In this document: in pieces, positions 1 through 10,480 of the stretch
How positions within the stretch are numbered: position 1 is the first letter of the stretch
Layout of the letters: the number at the start of each line of letters is the position of its first letter
DNA from: Arenicellales bacterium
GTDB taxonomy: Bacteria; Pseudomonadota; Gammaproteobacteria; Arenicellales; JAJDZL01
Direction: 5' to 3'
Length of the DNA stretch: 64,000 nucleotides
NCBI GenBank assembly: GCA_965202855.1
Contig: CBDBBP010000003.1
Coordinates: forward strand, 400,941-464,940
The notes under the pieces: model-generated
Databases searched by the model: none
What the model was told of the DNA's origin: nothing
The model's input: only the letters and a program-made list of their open reading frames with translations
Program-made: the position numbers and the translations under genes

Positions 1-589
1 ATAGAAATTGCATTAGCTTCAATGTCTCTGTACGACATTCAATTTATAACCTGATCACAGTGTTGCTCCTTGAGCTGATTCTCACTCTGTTAGTCACGTT
101 GATTGTTCCCAGAAAGCATCTGAAAATTGTGAAGTGGTCATGTGAGTGACGATGTCTTAACAGAAATTTTCATTGTTCTCGCGAGCTTTATTCCAATCCG
201 GCGAAGCAAGACCAATGCTTGCTGATCCAACTTATAGCAATGTTGCACCAAGGTCCAGCGAGATCTGTCTATTTTGATGCTCCGAAACCGTAAAAGATAT
301 GAAGGCTCAAATTCTCAAGTACAAACTTGGTCGTTTCAGCACTATTCATGCAAATAACCAAACATTCACAGAATCGAGACTAGGAAACTCTTTGTTCGCA
401 GAAATGACATTGATTTGAGTAGTTTGAGTAGGAATTTGCTCTCGTCTATTCAACGACCGTTCTAGTGCAGCCCTTCCCTGAAAAGCGTTCATAGGAGTAG
501 TGCTAGTCGGTGCAGATGGTACCAAGGGCGGTGACAGTTTTGGATGCAGCTAGGATTTAGAATTTTGAGTTTTTTCGGCACTTATTTTT

Positions 590-1504
590 GTGTATAGTAG
601 AATTATCTTAGTTGGATGTGTAAAACGATTGGTGGACATTAAAGTGACTCTAAAAGAAGCAACATTTGTCAAACAAGTGGAACCCACACAAGCGAGCTTC
701 GTCTATCCGTATAAGAAAAAATTAAAGAGAAAAGAATACGAGGCGCAAAAAGCCGAGCTTCAAGTTGAATTGGTTAAAGCTCAAAATTGGGTCAAGACGA
801 ACAATGAAAAAGTAGTGCTTATATTTGAAGGCCGGGATGCCGCGGGAAAAGGTGGGACAATTAAGCGCTTCATGGAACACCTCAATCCGAGAACGGCACG
901 AGTTGTTGCTTTACCCAAACCTGGAGAAAAAGAGCGCGGACAGTGGTTTTTTCAAAGATACATTGTCCATTTGCCCACGAATGGAGAAATGGTGCTGTTT
1001 GACCGCTCTTGGTACAACAGAGCAGGTGTAGAGAAGGTGATGAAATTTTGCACCCGAATGGAGTATCTTGAGTTTATGCGCCAAACTCCTGCATTGGAAA
1101 GAATGCTGGCAGCCAGCGGCATACACCTTTTCAAATACTGGTTTTCTGTTACTCGAGACGAACAGAAACGTCGATTTGACGCACGCGCATCCAGTCCGTT
1201 AAAACGCTGGAAATTAAGTCCTATCGATAAACTTTCTCTTAACTTATGGGAGGAATACACAGAGGCCAAGGAAACTATGTTTTTCTATACAGATACTCGT
1301 GATGCTCCTTGGACAGTCGTACGTTCGGACGACAAAAAGAGAGCTCGAGTCAGTTGTATGCGGCACTTTCTTTACAACTTCCACTATCCAGACAAGAATC
1401 CAGACGTTGTTGTGCCACCCGATCCCAAGATCGTGGGACTGGCGGGTCACATCTTTAAATTTCAATCAGACGGCAGCTACGGAACAAAAGCCTCGCGCGA
1501 GTAG
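590..1504 (+). CDS. ppk2: Polyphosphate kinase 2 (PPK2) family protein
   Basis: 304-aa ORF with the PPK2-type P-loop FEGRDAAGKGGTIKRF and RSWYNRAG. It has a GTG start at 590 and no upstream ATG, so the exact start is uncertain. Confidence 0.85.
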   Translation: MYSRIILVGCVKRLVDIKVTLKEATFVKQVEPTQASFVYPYKKKLKRKEYEAQKAELQVELVKAQNWVKTNNEKVVLIFEGRDAAGKGGTIKRFMEHLNPRTARVVALPKPGEKERGQWFFQRYIVHLPTNGEMVLFDRSWYNRAGVEKVMKFCTRMEYLEFMRQTPALERMLAASGIHLFKYWFSVTRDEQKRRFDARASSPLKRWKLSPIDKLSLNLWEEYTEAKETMFFYTDTRDAPWTVVRSDDKKRARVSCMRHFLYNFHYPDKNPDVVVPPDPKIVGLAGHIFKFQSDGSYGTKASRE

Positions 1505-1519
1505 CCCGACTGATTTCGT

Positions 1520-2314
1520 TTACACCGTATACAGCTGACCAAATTCCGGTTTACGGTCTTTGATGCCAGCCAACCTTAGGCAATGCCAAGCCAGGGCATG
1601 ATTGCTTGACGTTACTGGTTTCCCAATGCTGCTTTCGATTTTGTTGATCACCGGTGCAATTCGCAAACTTGTACAAGAGACAAAAACAAGGTCGACATTT
1701 TCTAATTCACCCAGTTCGATCGCAGCACGTTTGATCGAATCGGTTGAAATTTTCGCTGCTCGATTATCGTCTTCCTCGTTAAACGAACCGAATGCAACGA
1801 CATTGAAGCCTTTATTTTCAATATAGCTGGCAACTTGATCATTAACGTCTTTCCGATAAGGAGTGAGTACGGCTAAATTGCTTGCATTCAAGGCACGAAA
1901 TGCTGCAAAAGCCGCTGTAATCGGTGTCGTGCATTTTGCTTCAGGACGTCTTTCGTGAATTCTCTCAAAAACACGCTCTTCACCGATAACCATGGATGCG
2001 GAGGTGCATCCATAAGCGATCACATCCAGATCTACACCTTCCAATATCACATCCGCGCAATCTGGTATTCTCTCTTCCATTTGCGCCAGAGTTTCCGGTG
2101 TAATAGTCGGAGAATTTTTAATTCTACTTTCGTAAAATCCTACTCCTTCAATGTCAAGGAAGGAGCGAAATTCATGCTCAATGGTATGATCGGAACCAAG
2201 AACTATCACACCGATGGCCGCTCGTTCTGCAATTCCACCATCTAATTCATAGGGAATATGGTTTCGGACCACGCGTTCAATATGATTTGATCTGGCAACG
2301 ACTTCCATCAGCAA
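1520..2314 (-). CDS. Asp/Glu/hydantoin racemase superfamily enzyme (maleate isomerase / EutA / arylmalonate decarboxylase-like)
   Basis: 264 aa. Paired catalytic-Cys motifs YGCTSAS and VSCTSLR sit in a two-lobe layout typical of maleate cis-trans isomerase-like proteins. Confidence 0.6.
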   Translation of the reverse strand: MLMEVVARSNHIERVVRNHIPYELDGGIAERAAIGVIVLGSDHTIEHEFRSFLDIEGVGFYESRIKNSPTITPETLAQMEERIPDCADVILEGVDLDVIAYGCTSASMVIGEERVFERIHERRPEAKCTTPITAAFAAFRALNASNLAVLTPYRKDVNDQVASYIENKGFNVVAFGSFNEEDDNRAAKISTDSIKRAAIELGELENVDLVFVSCTSLRIAPVINKIESSIGKPVTSSNHALAWHCLRLAGIKDRKPEFGQLYTV

Positions 2315-2447
2315 GCCCTCAATTAAGTGTATGTGTGAACAGTAGATGCTATAGATTATAGACAGTGCTCATCCGTTATCGGAGAGGACGAACGCTGCGA
2401 TTGACGTCAGATGTCAATCAGAAATTTTTATCTTTTCAAAGACTCGC

Positions 2448-3497
2448 TTATTCGTTATGAATTCGTTCTGTCAGATACTCTAGCCGTTCGGAGCCTGAAG
2501 GGTGAGTTGAAAACCAGGAAGCTTCTTCCATACATGCAGATTCACTATAAGAAACTAAGGATCCACAGACGTATTCAAACAAGTTTTTCATCGCTTCCAA
2601 AAGATGATTTGGATCGATGCCGCTGTTTTCTAAAATATCGGCTGCCAAAAGATCAGCTTCTTTCTCAAGTTCCCGACTGTGGCGCAAGGAATTGATGTCC
2701 GTAATCAATAGGACAAGTGAAGACGTGATTGCATCTTTTTCACCACCTATAGAGTTGAGCAACAATGCCGGTATTAATGTCATACCGAACAGTTCAACAA
2801 TTTTCTCAAGACCATGACGAAGTCGTACATGTGCCAGTTCATGCGCGATTATCGCTAGCGTTTGTTCACGATTATCGAGAATTCGAACTAATTCGTCAGT
2901 GATTAAAACCGGCCCACCTGGAAAAGCAATTGCGTTCGGTCCCAAGAATTCAGATGAGTGGAATACTATTTCTACGCGACGATTCATATTTGCAGCTGCG
3001 ATCTTTTCTGCATCGAGGCGAATGTCATCTTGGACTTGCGGTGAAAGATTGCTCTCTGAAAATGCAAACTGAAAAATTTCATAAACGCTCTGCCCAAGTT
3101 CTTCTTCCCACTTCTCCGGGTAGAAAAAAACAATCAGATCAGTCGCTGAGTGATAAATCACTCGAAAGGCGCCCACAAATACCGCTAAAGTTGCAAGCAA
3201 TAGCAATGCCTTTCGAAAATTAAAATCCTCTAGCCAATTGATGGCGAGTCGGACCTTGCCTTGAGCAATCGGATAAATCTCCTGAGGAAGGGGATCATCA
3301 GACTTGAAATAATACCCAGATTTGAAATAGATGCTCTCAGGTTCCTGAATCGATTGAATTACCAAGTCATCGACTCGTTCGAATTCGTTGCCATGTACGA
3401 CAATAGAGCTGCCCCGAGCTTCGAGAGTTGCTCTGTGACTTTTGGAGGATCGAGGAAGAAAGAAGTGACCCTTAATTTTCATTAAAGTTTCTTTCAA
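2448..3497 (-). CDS. M48 family zinc metallopeptidase with N-terminal membrane-anchored extension
   Basis: 349 aa. HEXXH motif IIAHELAHVRLRHG plus downstream EKEADLLAADIL, and a hydrophobic helix ALLLLATLAVFVGAF. Confidence 0.8.
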   Translation of the reverse strand: MKETLMKIKGHFFLPRSSKSHRATLEARGSSIVVHGNEFERVDDLVIQSIQEPESIYFKSGYYFKSDDPLPQEIYPIAQGKVRLAINWLEDFNFRKALLLLATLAVFVGAFRVIYHSATDLIVFFYPEKWEEELGQSVYEIFQFAFSESNLSPQVQDDIRLDAEKIAAANMNRRVEIVFHSSEFLGPNAIAFPGGPVLITDELVRILDNREQTLAIIAHELAHVRLRHGLEKIVELFGMTLIPALLLNSIGGEKDAITSSLVLLITDINSLRHSRELEKEADLLAADILENSGIDPNHLLEAMKNLFEYVCGSLVSYSESACMEEASWFSTHPSGSERLEYLTERIHNE

Positions 3498-3669
3498 GGA
3501 ACAAATCTTAACCTATTGTATTTATGAGAATTTATTTTATCTTTATTTGTTGCGCCAAGAACGTGGCATCAATTGGTTCCTTTGCTGATGGCGGCGACGG
3601 CGGTCGGTGGAAGGCTCTCAAGCATCATTTTTGATCGTAGGAGAGTGACAGAAGCTACATGCACTTCGC

Positions 3670-4707
3670 TCAGACTGAAATCTCAAATCCTTCCCAGTCG
3701 ACGTATTCTTCTCCAAACGCGTGGATTTTTTGTAGTTCTTCATCTATAAATTCGGATTCATCCTTTAAAAACAGATAACCAGTATGCTCACAAAGATAGC
3801 GGAATTTTCTTACAGTTGCCCACGGAATAAGCAATCCAAGCGAAAAGATGATCGCAATGCTGTTGGAAATGTTAATCCAAAGGTATATGAAAGGGTTTAA
3901 ATTAGCTTTGAACTTCACGCTTTCGTCAAGCACCAGCGTTTCCAATAGAATATTTCGGCACAATGCGAAATAAAGGATAAGACCAAATATAAAAATGACT
4001 CCAACAATTGGCGCGAATATGGTCAATGCTTCGGGGGTGGGACTCAACACAAACATCGCCAAACCAATTACAGCGGCAATTGCGACGATTACCGGTAACT
4101 GCACAGATAAAAAGTACGCTTTGAAGAACGCGCTCATAGTAGGTTGTGCGTGAAATTTAGTTGTTCCAAATGCATGATTCTTTGAATAATACTCATAGTG
4201 ATACTTGGTCGATACAGGTGTAAACAAACTTAGAGTAATTACACTCAATGCCGGATAAACAACAAAAAATAGTAGTGTGCGCCAGTAGTTTCCATGCCAG
4301 TTAAATCGAACATTTCTCCAAGAAGTCATTCTTGATCTAAATTTTAGAGATCGATTGATGACCCATGGCAGAACAAAAATTAATGCAAAACTGAGAACGA
4401 CGGAAATACCTGGGTATAGAATTGAAATGATGGAAAAAATTCCCAGCACTCCGACTGTAATCAGTCTTCCTATAAGCAACTGGATGCCAGTCGCGTGATA
4501 TCCCAATCTGAAATTTGCAATCTCTGTATGGCTATAGAAGTACTGAATTCGTCTAACTTTTGCCCATACGCTATAAATTCCTAAAGTGACAATTGTCAGT
4601 ACCAGATTTGAAATCCAAATGCCGAAATAGGTAGTGGCATTTCCTTTGAATTGAATTTTCCGAAACTCTTGATCGGAAGAAGTTTCAGATGACGCTTCAG
4701 GTGACAC
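3670..4707 (-). CDS. YjgN/DUF898 family polytopic inner-membrane protein
   Basis: 345 aa. The N-terminal FKGNATTYFGIWISNLVLTIVTLGIYSVWAKVR signature of DUF898 is repeated near the C-terminus (SLGLLIPWATVRKFRY). Multiple TM helices. Confidence 0.7.
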   Translation of the reverse strand: MSPEASSETSSDQEFRKIQFKGNATTYFGIWISNLVLTIVTLGIYSVWAKVRRIQYFYSHTEIANFRLGYHATGIQLLIGRLITVGVLGIFSIISILYPGISVVLSFALIFVLPWVINRSLKFRSRMTSWRNVRFNWHGNYWRTLLFFVVYPALSVITLSLFTPVSTKYHYEYYSKNHAFGTTKFHAQPTMSAFFKAYFLSVQLPVIVAIAAVIGLAMFVLSPTPEALTIFAPIVGVIFIFGLILYFALCRNILLETLVLDESVKFKANLNPFIYLWINISNSIAIIFSLGLLIPWATVRKFRYLCEHTGYLFLKDESEFIDEELQKIHAFGEEYVDWEGFEISV

Positions 4708-5216
4708 TAAGACGGGAAGATTGTTTCTATCAAGAATTCTGTCAATGTACGAATCGAAGCTGTAACGACTTATTGATGCTCTCTTCCAGAGTTCTGATTT
4801 TTCTGGTCAACTTCGTCATCTCGATGATGAAAAAAGGTCTGACTTTAAGTTAGGTATGCGTCGGACCAGCAATTCTTTCATTATATTCGTGAATCAATTT
4901 GGATAAGTTGACAAATCATCAGATTTGAATTGAGTTCAATTTCCAATTGAGTTAAATGTGAAAGGCAATTTCTCTGGCGAAATTGAAGAAATTTATAGAG
5001 TGAAAATTCTACCTGTTTGAGTCTAGGGACCGACCCGTTGCAGCAGAACAAAAGCACACTGCTTTGGATGTGTGCAAGGTTTAGAGAAGGACTTTGTCAG
5101 AGTTTTAAAGGATTTTGGAAATGAGTCGCACGACAGTTTATTGAGTAAATTTGAATTCGCAACGCTTAATCAATCCAAAAGACAACAAATCACTCAGTGA
5201 ACTACAAATATTCAGG

Positions 5217-6330
5217 AAGAGGCGATAGTTCCTCTCGTTGCACTAGTATTTTGTCAGTGCGCTCAGCTCTTCGCTCTTGGGATTCAATGGGAGGTTTTCA
5301 ATAATGGAAATCAAATTATCGAATTCTTTTACCATTTGATCTTCCAACGAAGACATCCGATCTTCGACAGCAGACATTCTAGTTTCGACAGCAGATATCC
5401 TAACTTCAAGCTTATCTCCAACATCGTGAATCAGGCGAACGAGGGAAAAATACATTTGCCCTGCGCTGATTAGAACAATGGCAGTGAAAACAATGGCAGA
5501 AACAGAAACGTGCCGCCAATTCATCTTGCTAAGAGATTCTATGTTGATTCGAAGAGAACTCATATCATTTCTTTCTTGACTTCGGGTAAATTCGTCTGTA
5601 ACCCTTTGATATTATTACGTCCATATTTCAAATAGGCACTACATCCTATCCCTTGCAACAGGGCTTTTATTTCCATTTCTCCTTCGTTCCTATGGCGTTT
5701 TCTAAAACTTCTTAGACGCGGCCGTCCGAACCTTCTGATGGACCGCAAACGGAATTTCATTCCAGTGCAGTCCGACACTTCGATAAATCCGCTTGGCACC
5801 GGTGAGCGCGTGGCTCGGCACCGCATATTTTCGTTGCGTCTTCTGCTCTGTCAAAATGCTGGTCTGCAAGGAATACAGTTCCCGCCGGATGCGATCAGCA
5901 TTCATGGTATGTCCTGAAGTCAAGAGGCGATAACGCCTCTCGTTGCACTAGTATTTTGTCAGCGCGCTCAGCTCTTCGTTCTTGCGATTCAATGGGAGGT
6001 TTTCAATAATGGAAATCAAATTATCGAATCCTTTTACCATTTGATCTTCCAGCGAAGACATCCGATCTTCGACAGCAGACATTCTAGTTTCGATATCAGA
6101 AATCTTAGTTTCGACAGCAGAAATCCTAGTTTCAAGCTTGTCTTCAACACCGTGAATTAGGCTAACAAGGGAAAAATACATTTGTCCTGCGCCAATTAGA
6201 ACAATTGCAGTGAAAACAATGGCAGAAACAGAAACTGAAATGTGCCGCCAATTCATTTTGCCAAGAGCTTCTATGTTCATTCGAATAGAACTCATATCCT
6301 CTCTTTGATGCGATTGCTCTACTTCAATTC
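5217..6330. repeat. Tandem segmental duplication, about 705-bp period, carrying the coiled-coil genes
   Basis: The string aagaggcgata...ctctcgttgcactagtattttgtcag...gggaggttttcaataatggaaatcaaattatcgaat occurs at 5217 and again at 5922. Homology runs through both ORFs, and about 350 bp between the copies is unique. Confidence 0.8.
5243..5563 (-). CDS. Small membrane-anchored coiled-coil protein, paralogue A (3 heptad units)
   Basis: 106 aa. One TM helix (VSVSAIVFTAIVLISAG) followed by heptads RISAVET/RMSAVED/RMSSLED. Near-identical to 5948..6400. Confidence 0.5.
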   Translation of the reverse strand: MSSLRINIESLSKMNWRHVSVSAIVFTAIVLISAGQMYFSLVRLIHDVGDKLEVRISAVETRMSAVEDRMSSLEDQMVKEFDNLISIIENLPLNPKSEELSALTKY

Positions 6331-6400
6331 GAGTGATGCGATCCTTTACTTCCGTAGTCAAATTAGTTACCGTTGTGATGTAGCGGTGCGACACCCTCAC
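5948..6400 (-). CDS. Small membrane-anchored coiled-coil protein, paralogue B (4 heptad units)
   Basis: 150 aa. Same architecture as paralogue A with an extra heptad (KISDIET). GTG start at 6400 is uncertain, and the internal MSSIRMNIE aligns with the start of paralogue A. Confidence 0.5.
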   Translation of the reverse strand: MRVSHRYITTVTNLTTEVKDRITRIEVEQSHQREDMSSIRMNIEALGKMNWRHISVSVSAIVFTAIVLIGAGQMYFSLVSLIHGVEDKLETRISAVETKISDIETRMSAVEDRMSSLEDQMVKGFDNLISIIENLPLNRKNEELSALTKY

Positions 6401-6718
6401 CCCATCCGTAAGGGGAGGGTTGATTCTGTGTCGAGAGTTCTCCCGACTGTGTCAATTGTTGCAATTCGTCCACAGTGCCCACTCAGGGCAACAACGCGTT
6501 TTGAGAACGCACATGGCTTATTGCGTCTTTACAATTATCCCCTTTCTGCTGGGTGAATGCAAATTGGAGCCGGCAGTAACCACTTGCATGCGTAAGTGTA
6601 TTCGTCAGATCAATGCTTCTTTGTCGTTTGGAGTCTTTCGTCAATTGAAACTATGGATACTCAAATTCAAATCTGAGCCAGATCAGGAATCAACTTACCG
6701 CCTGTCTGATAAAAATTT

Positions 6719-7981
6719 TCATTTCCTGTCTCTGTCTTGCACCCGAAAGGGAGAGTCATCGATATCCGGTAACTGTCCTGAAATCAAGTCTGAAGCAATT
6801 TTGGCTGAGCCGCAGGCCATTGTCCATCCCATATGCCCTTGCCCGGAATTGACAAACAAATTTTCATATTTCGTAAATCCGATGAAAGGCGTACCTTTAG
6901 GAGTCATCGGGCGGAAACAGGTTTTATAGATAGGAACATCGTAGGATGCGCCATTTGGCAAAAGATCTCGAACTGCACTTAGCATAGGTTGAAAGTCCTT
7001 CGGTTTGTGTGAACAATCATATCCGGCGAATTCCGCAGTTGACGTAGCTCTCAATGTATTGCCAACCGGAGTGAATGCGACTAAATTGTGTTCATCGACC
7101 GTTCCAATTTTGATCGGCTCGTGGTCTTCCTCGACGGTCAGACTTGTGGAATACCCTTTGACTGGATAAATGGGCAAGTCAATACCTACAGGTTTCAGAA
7201 CGAGTGGCGAATATGCTCCAAGACTTACAATAAACAAATCAGCATCGATATTTGCTTTGGAGGTTTTTACGTGGGAAATTTGATTGCCAGAGGTGATCAA
7301 TGAAATCACTTTTTCGTTGAATCGAAAATCTACATTATTAATTTTGCAGATGTTCGAAATTTTTCTTGTAAACAATTGAGAATTTCCAGATTCGTCCGTT
7401 GGACAGTAAATCGCACCTGCGAATTTATCTCGGACAGGACGGAAAGCAGGCTCTAAGTCCGCCACTTCCTCTGCGCTCAATACAGATAAAATTTGACCTT
7501 GCTCCTGAAGAATTTTCGAGTGCTCAATGCCTTTTTTGAATGCATCAGCGTGCCGATGAAGATAGAGAAGTCCCTTTGTGACTTGCTCGTATTCCAGATG
7601 ATTTTCTGTAACGATTTCGTTCAGCCTCTTTTGAGAATATACGCACAGAGCATGCTTTATGATCGTGTTCTTTATTGCATCCCGCTCGTTGCATTGCCTC
7701 AAAAACAGCGCTGTCCATTTCCAAAATTGGTAATCAAAGCGCAATCTTATGCGAAATGCCTGATCGTTCCGATAGATCGATTTCAATAGAATTGCAGGCA
7801 CTTTAGGTGAGGCCCAAGCAAATGCATGACCCGCTGCTATCATTGCGGCGTTAACAGCGCTAGCTTCGGTAGCGACATCGGCTGCCTGATCGATTACGGT
7901 AATTTGATGTTGCCCGCTGCGTGCAAGCTCATAAGCGGTCGTAATGCCGACAACACCCGCTCCAAGAATAACGATGCGCAT
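6719..7981 (-). CDS. dadA: D-amino acid dehydrogenase, FAD-dependent
   Basis: 420 aa. N-terminal dinucleotide fold MRIVILGAGVVGITTAYELA. YPVKGYS, RPMTPKGTPFIG and GHMGWTMACGS are collinear with E. coli DadA. Confidence 0.85.
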   Translation of the reverse strand: MRIVILGAGVVGITTAYELARSGQHQITVIDQAADVATEASAVNAAMIAAGHAFAWASPKVPAILLKSIYRNDQAFRIRLRFDYQFWKWTALFLRQCNERDAIKNTIIKHALCVYSQKRLNEIVTENHLEYEQVTKGLLYLHRHADAFKKGIEHSKILQEQGQILSVLSAEEVADLEPAFRPVRDKFAGAIYCPTDESGNSQLFTRKISNICKINNVDFRFNEKVISLITSGNQISHVKTSKANIDADLFIVSLGAYSPLVLKPVGIDLPIYPVKGYSTSLTVEEDHEPIKIGTVDEHNLVAFTPVGNTLRATSTAEFAGYDCSHKPKDFQPMLSAVRDLLPNGASYDVPIYKTCFRPMTPKGTPFIGFTKYENLFVNSGQGHMGWTMACGSAKIASDLISGQLPDIDDSPFRVQDRDRK

Positions 7982-8035
7982 CGCAAATCTTGCAGTAGTG
8001 AAGTTGACCGTTGTGGATTGTCGCTCGGTCAGGAC

Positions 8036-8386
8036 TTACGCGATGGCCGCAATTACTGAAATTTCAACAACAAATTGAGGCATCGCCAAGGTTGATTCAA
8101 CGCATGCGCGAGCAGGTTGATTGCCAGTTGAAACCCAAGCATCCCACACTTCGTTCATTTCATCGAAAGTGGTGATGTCTGACAGCCAAATTGTTGCGGA
8201 CAAAAGATTTGACTTGCTCGAGCCAGCTTGAGCCAAATAGTCATCAATTCGTTGCAGAATATCTTGGGTTTGCTCTGTCACACTTGTGCCTGGCGCACCT
8301 AATGCAACTTGACCTGCGAGATACACTGTGTTGTAGTGCACTACGACTTGGCTCATTCTTTGGTTGGTGTCAATCCGTTCGATCAT
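8036..8386 (-). CDS. RidA/YjgF family reactive-intermediate deaminase
   Basis: 116 aa with the typical RidA length and motifs (VYLAGQV, PARACVE). It sits directly upstream of dadA on the same strand. Confidence 0.85.
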   Translation of the reverse strand: MIERIDTNQRMSQVVVHYNTVYLAGQVALGAPGTSVTEQTQDILQRIDDYLAQAGSSKSNLLSATIWLSDITTFDEMNEVWDAWVSTGNQPARACVESTLAMPQFVVEISVIAAIA

Positions 8387-8428
8387 AATGGGTTCTCCAG
8401 AAATACCCTTATTACAGAGTTGTTGAAC

Positions 8429-9352
8429 TTAAGCTAATTCGGTGGGATGAAGTGGATCAATCAGTCGATCTTTCCACAGCCGGCGAAGAATTTGACTGTA
8501 ATTTTTGTAGTAAAAATTTCCATTTTTTCTCAAAATCTCATCCCTTTGTTCATGGAACACTTTAGCTACGAGTGACCAGTGCATCCCAGGATGTTCATGA
8601 TGTATCCAGTGAAAGTTGTTGTTTAGATACAGTAATTTAGTAAAGGGGGATCCTTCAACAATAATGCTGCGTTCATCGTCTAGCGGCGACCATCGGTGTT
8701 CTGTATAGGAGCGAAGCAGTGTAAATGAAATTCCTGGGTAAGCGAAGCACAAAAGGTATTTCCAGATCGGCATATTGCCGACAAATGAAACAAAATACAA
8801 AACTCCTACGCAAGTCAGAATATGGATCAACCAAATTCCAATTTGTTTCTTTTCTCCTGAATAGATTCGAAGTGCTTCACTTTTAAGTAACTGATAGTAA
8901 GAAACAATCGGTCCAATTAGCAATCGTCCCAGCAATGTAAACTGAAATCGATAGATGAACCGGCTCAATTCATTCAGCTTTGACCAATGTTCGCGCGATA
9001 CGTAAAGAGATTCCGGATCGACTTCAAAATCAGTGAGCTCTTCACAATAGTGATGTTCCAAGTGGCTTTCCCGGTAGACCGGATACGGATAATACAAGGC
9101 CAAAGGTGGAGTAGCGATCAACGTATTGAGCCAGCGGTGTCTAGTCGGTGAGCCATGAACGGCAATATGCTGCAGGCTTCCATGCAGACATGTAACGTAT
9201 CCGCCTGCGATAAACAACAATAGCATTGGTATTTGCTCGCCGTACCAAACGAGCAAGCCCCAAGCTGCGTATACGCCAATTACGACAAGCAGATCTTTTA
9301 TTGCGCAAGTATGAATGCTTTGCGCTTGCGCAGGCTCGACTCGACTGTTCAT
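8429..9352 (-). CDS. Membrane fatty acid desaturase family protein
   Basis: 307 aa. Histidine boxes HIAVHG, HLEHHY and HWIHHEHP, with TM segments. Confidence 0.8.
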   Translation of the reverse strand: MNSRVEPAQAQSIHTCAIKDLLVVIGVYAAWGLLVWYGEQIPMLLLFIAGGYVTCLHGSLQHIAVHGSPTRHRWLNTLIATPPLALYYPYPVYRESHLEHHYCEELTDFEVDPESLYVSREHWSKLNELSRFIYRFQFTLLGRLLIGPIVSYYQLLKSEALRIYSGEKKQIGIWLIHILTCVGVLYFVSFVGNMPIWKYLLCFAYPGISFTLLRSYTEHRWSPLDDERSIIVEGSPFTKLLYLNNNFHWIHHEHPGMHWSLVAKVFHEQRDEILRKNGNFYYKNYSQILRRLWKDRLIDPLHPTELA

Positions 9353-9385
9353 ACTTTAGACTTTAACTCGACTGATGAACAACCT

Positions 9386-10480
9386 CTAACTTTCGCCGGC
9401 AAGCCATCTATCGAACCAATGCTGGCGTATGGATCGTGTTTGAGCATACCAATCACTGTCAATTCGGATCTCGTTGCGATATCCTCCTTGTTCATTTGGC
9501 ATGTGCTTTATCATGGAGATGTTTGAGCCTTGGTGTAAACCAATTCGAGACCATGCTGATTGACGGGTAGGGCTGTAAGGAATTAAGCTCGAAAACACCG
9601 CCATTCTTTTTGTACTCGTTGCATAATTGATAAATTTCTTGGCATTCTCCTGTTGTTTGCTAAATTTGGAGACTCCCCAAACTCCAAACTCAAGTAGTGG
9701 CCCTTCATAAATGATCGACAGCGGAAGGTTTTGATTGACGATTGCGTCAAAAAAACGCCCATTGAATCCTACTGCCATTACCACTTCGCCGCTTTCCAGC
9801 ATTTTAATCGGTTCATCACCGCTATCCCACCAAACAATATGGTCTCTGATTTGGTTCAGGCGCCGCGATACTAATCTTAGCCCTCTTTCGGTACTAAGCA
9901 GATCATAAACCTGATTGACGGGCACACCGTAAGAAAGAAGGGCCCACTCCAAAATTCCTTTCGGCTCCCTTCGCAGGGCGCGCTTTCCAGGAAAGCGATC
10001 GATATCGAAAATATCATTTACGGAACTTGGTTTTTCGTCTTTGAATGCTCGGTCGTTATAACCAATCACTGTAGCGTACTCAAGGTGAGCGACGCCGCAT
10101 TCGAATAGGGAATCTTCGATGAAATCGTCTTCAGCATCTTCATTTTCCGCAGATGGAGCAACCATAGCATGATCGAATCGAGTTAGCAGCCCGAGATCAC
10201 ACGCTTCCTTTGCGTCGGATTCTGTCATGTCGATCACATCGAAAAGTACTGAGCCATTTTCCTCAGATGGTTTCAAGGATGCCACTCCGCCACTGTAAGG
10301 TTCGAGATTGATGATGATTCCATTAAAAAAGACAAATGGCTGAAAATAGGCTTCCGATTGCGCTTCCTCGTAGGCACCGCCCCAACTCGAAACTGTCAGC
10401 GTTCGACTGTCTTGAGCGTTCGCTTGAACCGTCAGTAAAAAAAGAAAGCTGATGATGATAATTCGATTAGAGAGTTTCAT
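9386..10480 (-). CDS. Periplasmic solute-binding protein, PotD/PotF-like, orphan (no adjacent permease)
   Basis: 364 aa. Signal peptide MKLSNRIIIISFLFLLTVQANA and a type-II SBP-like body. Its start overlaps the ClC gene stop by 14 nt. Confidence 0.65.
   Translation of the reverse strand: MKLSNRIIIISFLFLLTVQANAQDSRTLTVSSWGGAYEEAQSEAYFQPFVFFNGIIINLEPYSGGVASLKPSEENGSVLFDVIDMTESDAKEACDLGLLTRFDHAMVAPSAENEDAEDDFIEDSLFECGVAHLEYATVIGYNDRAFKDEKPSSVNDIFDIDRFPGKRALRREPKGILEWALLSYGVPVNQVYDLLSTERGLRLVSRRLNQIRDHIVWWDSGDEPIKMLESGEVVMAVGFNGRFFDAIVNQNLPLSIIYEGPLLEFGVWGVSKFSKQQENAKKFINYATSTKRMAVFSSLIPYSPTRQSAWSRIGLHQGSNISMIKHMPNEQGGYRNEIRIDSDWYAQTRSIRQHWFDRWLAGES

Noticed and set aside
1-589. A 590-bp stretch, plus 4708-5242, 12603-13214 and 37348-38058, with no ORF of 60 aa or more in any frame, considered as ncRNA or riboswitch loci
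   Set aside because: No conserved structural motif, extended stem-loop series or known riboswitch core was recognisable. The stretches are probably promoter or decayed sequence. Only the palindrome at 13103 was kept.
5560-5923. Two overlapping frameshifted ORFs (88 and 73 aa, Arg-rich) between the coiled-coil paralogues, considered as a group II intron maturase or transposase fragment
   Set aside because: There are only vague resemblances, such as RKRHRNEGEMEIKALLQGIG. I could not anchor any diagnostic motif, so the region is left unannotated.
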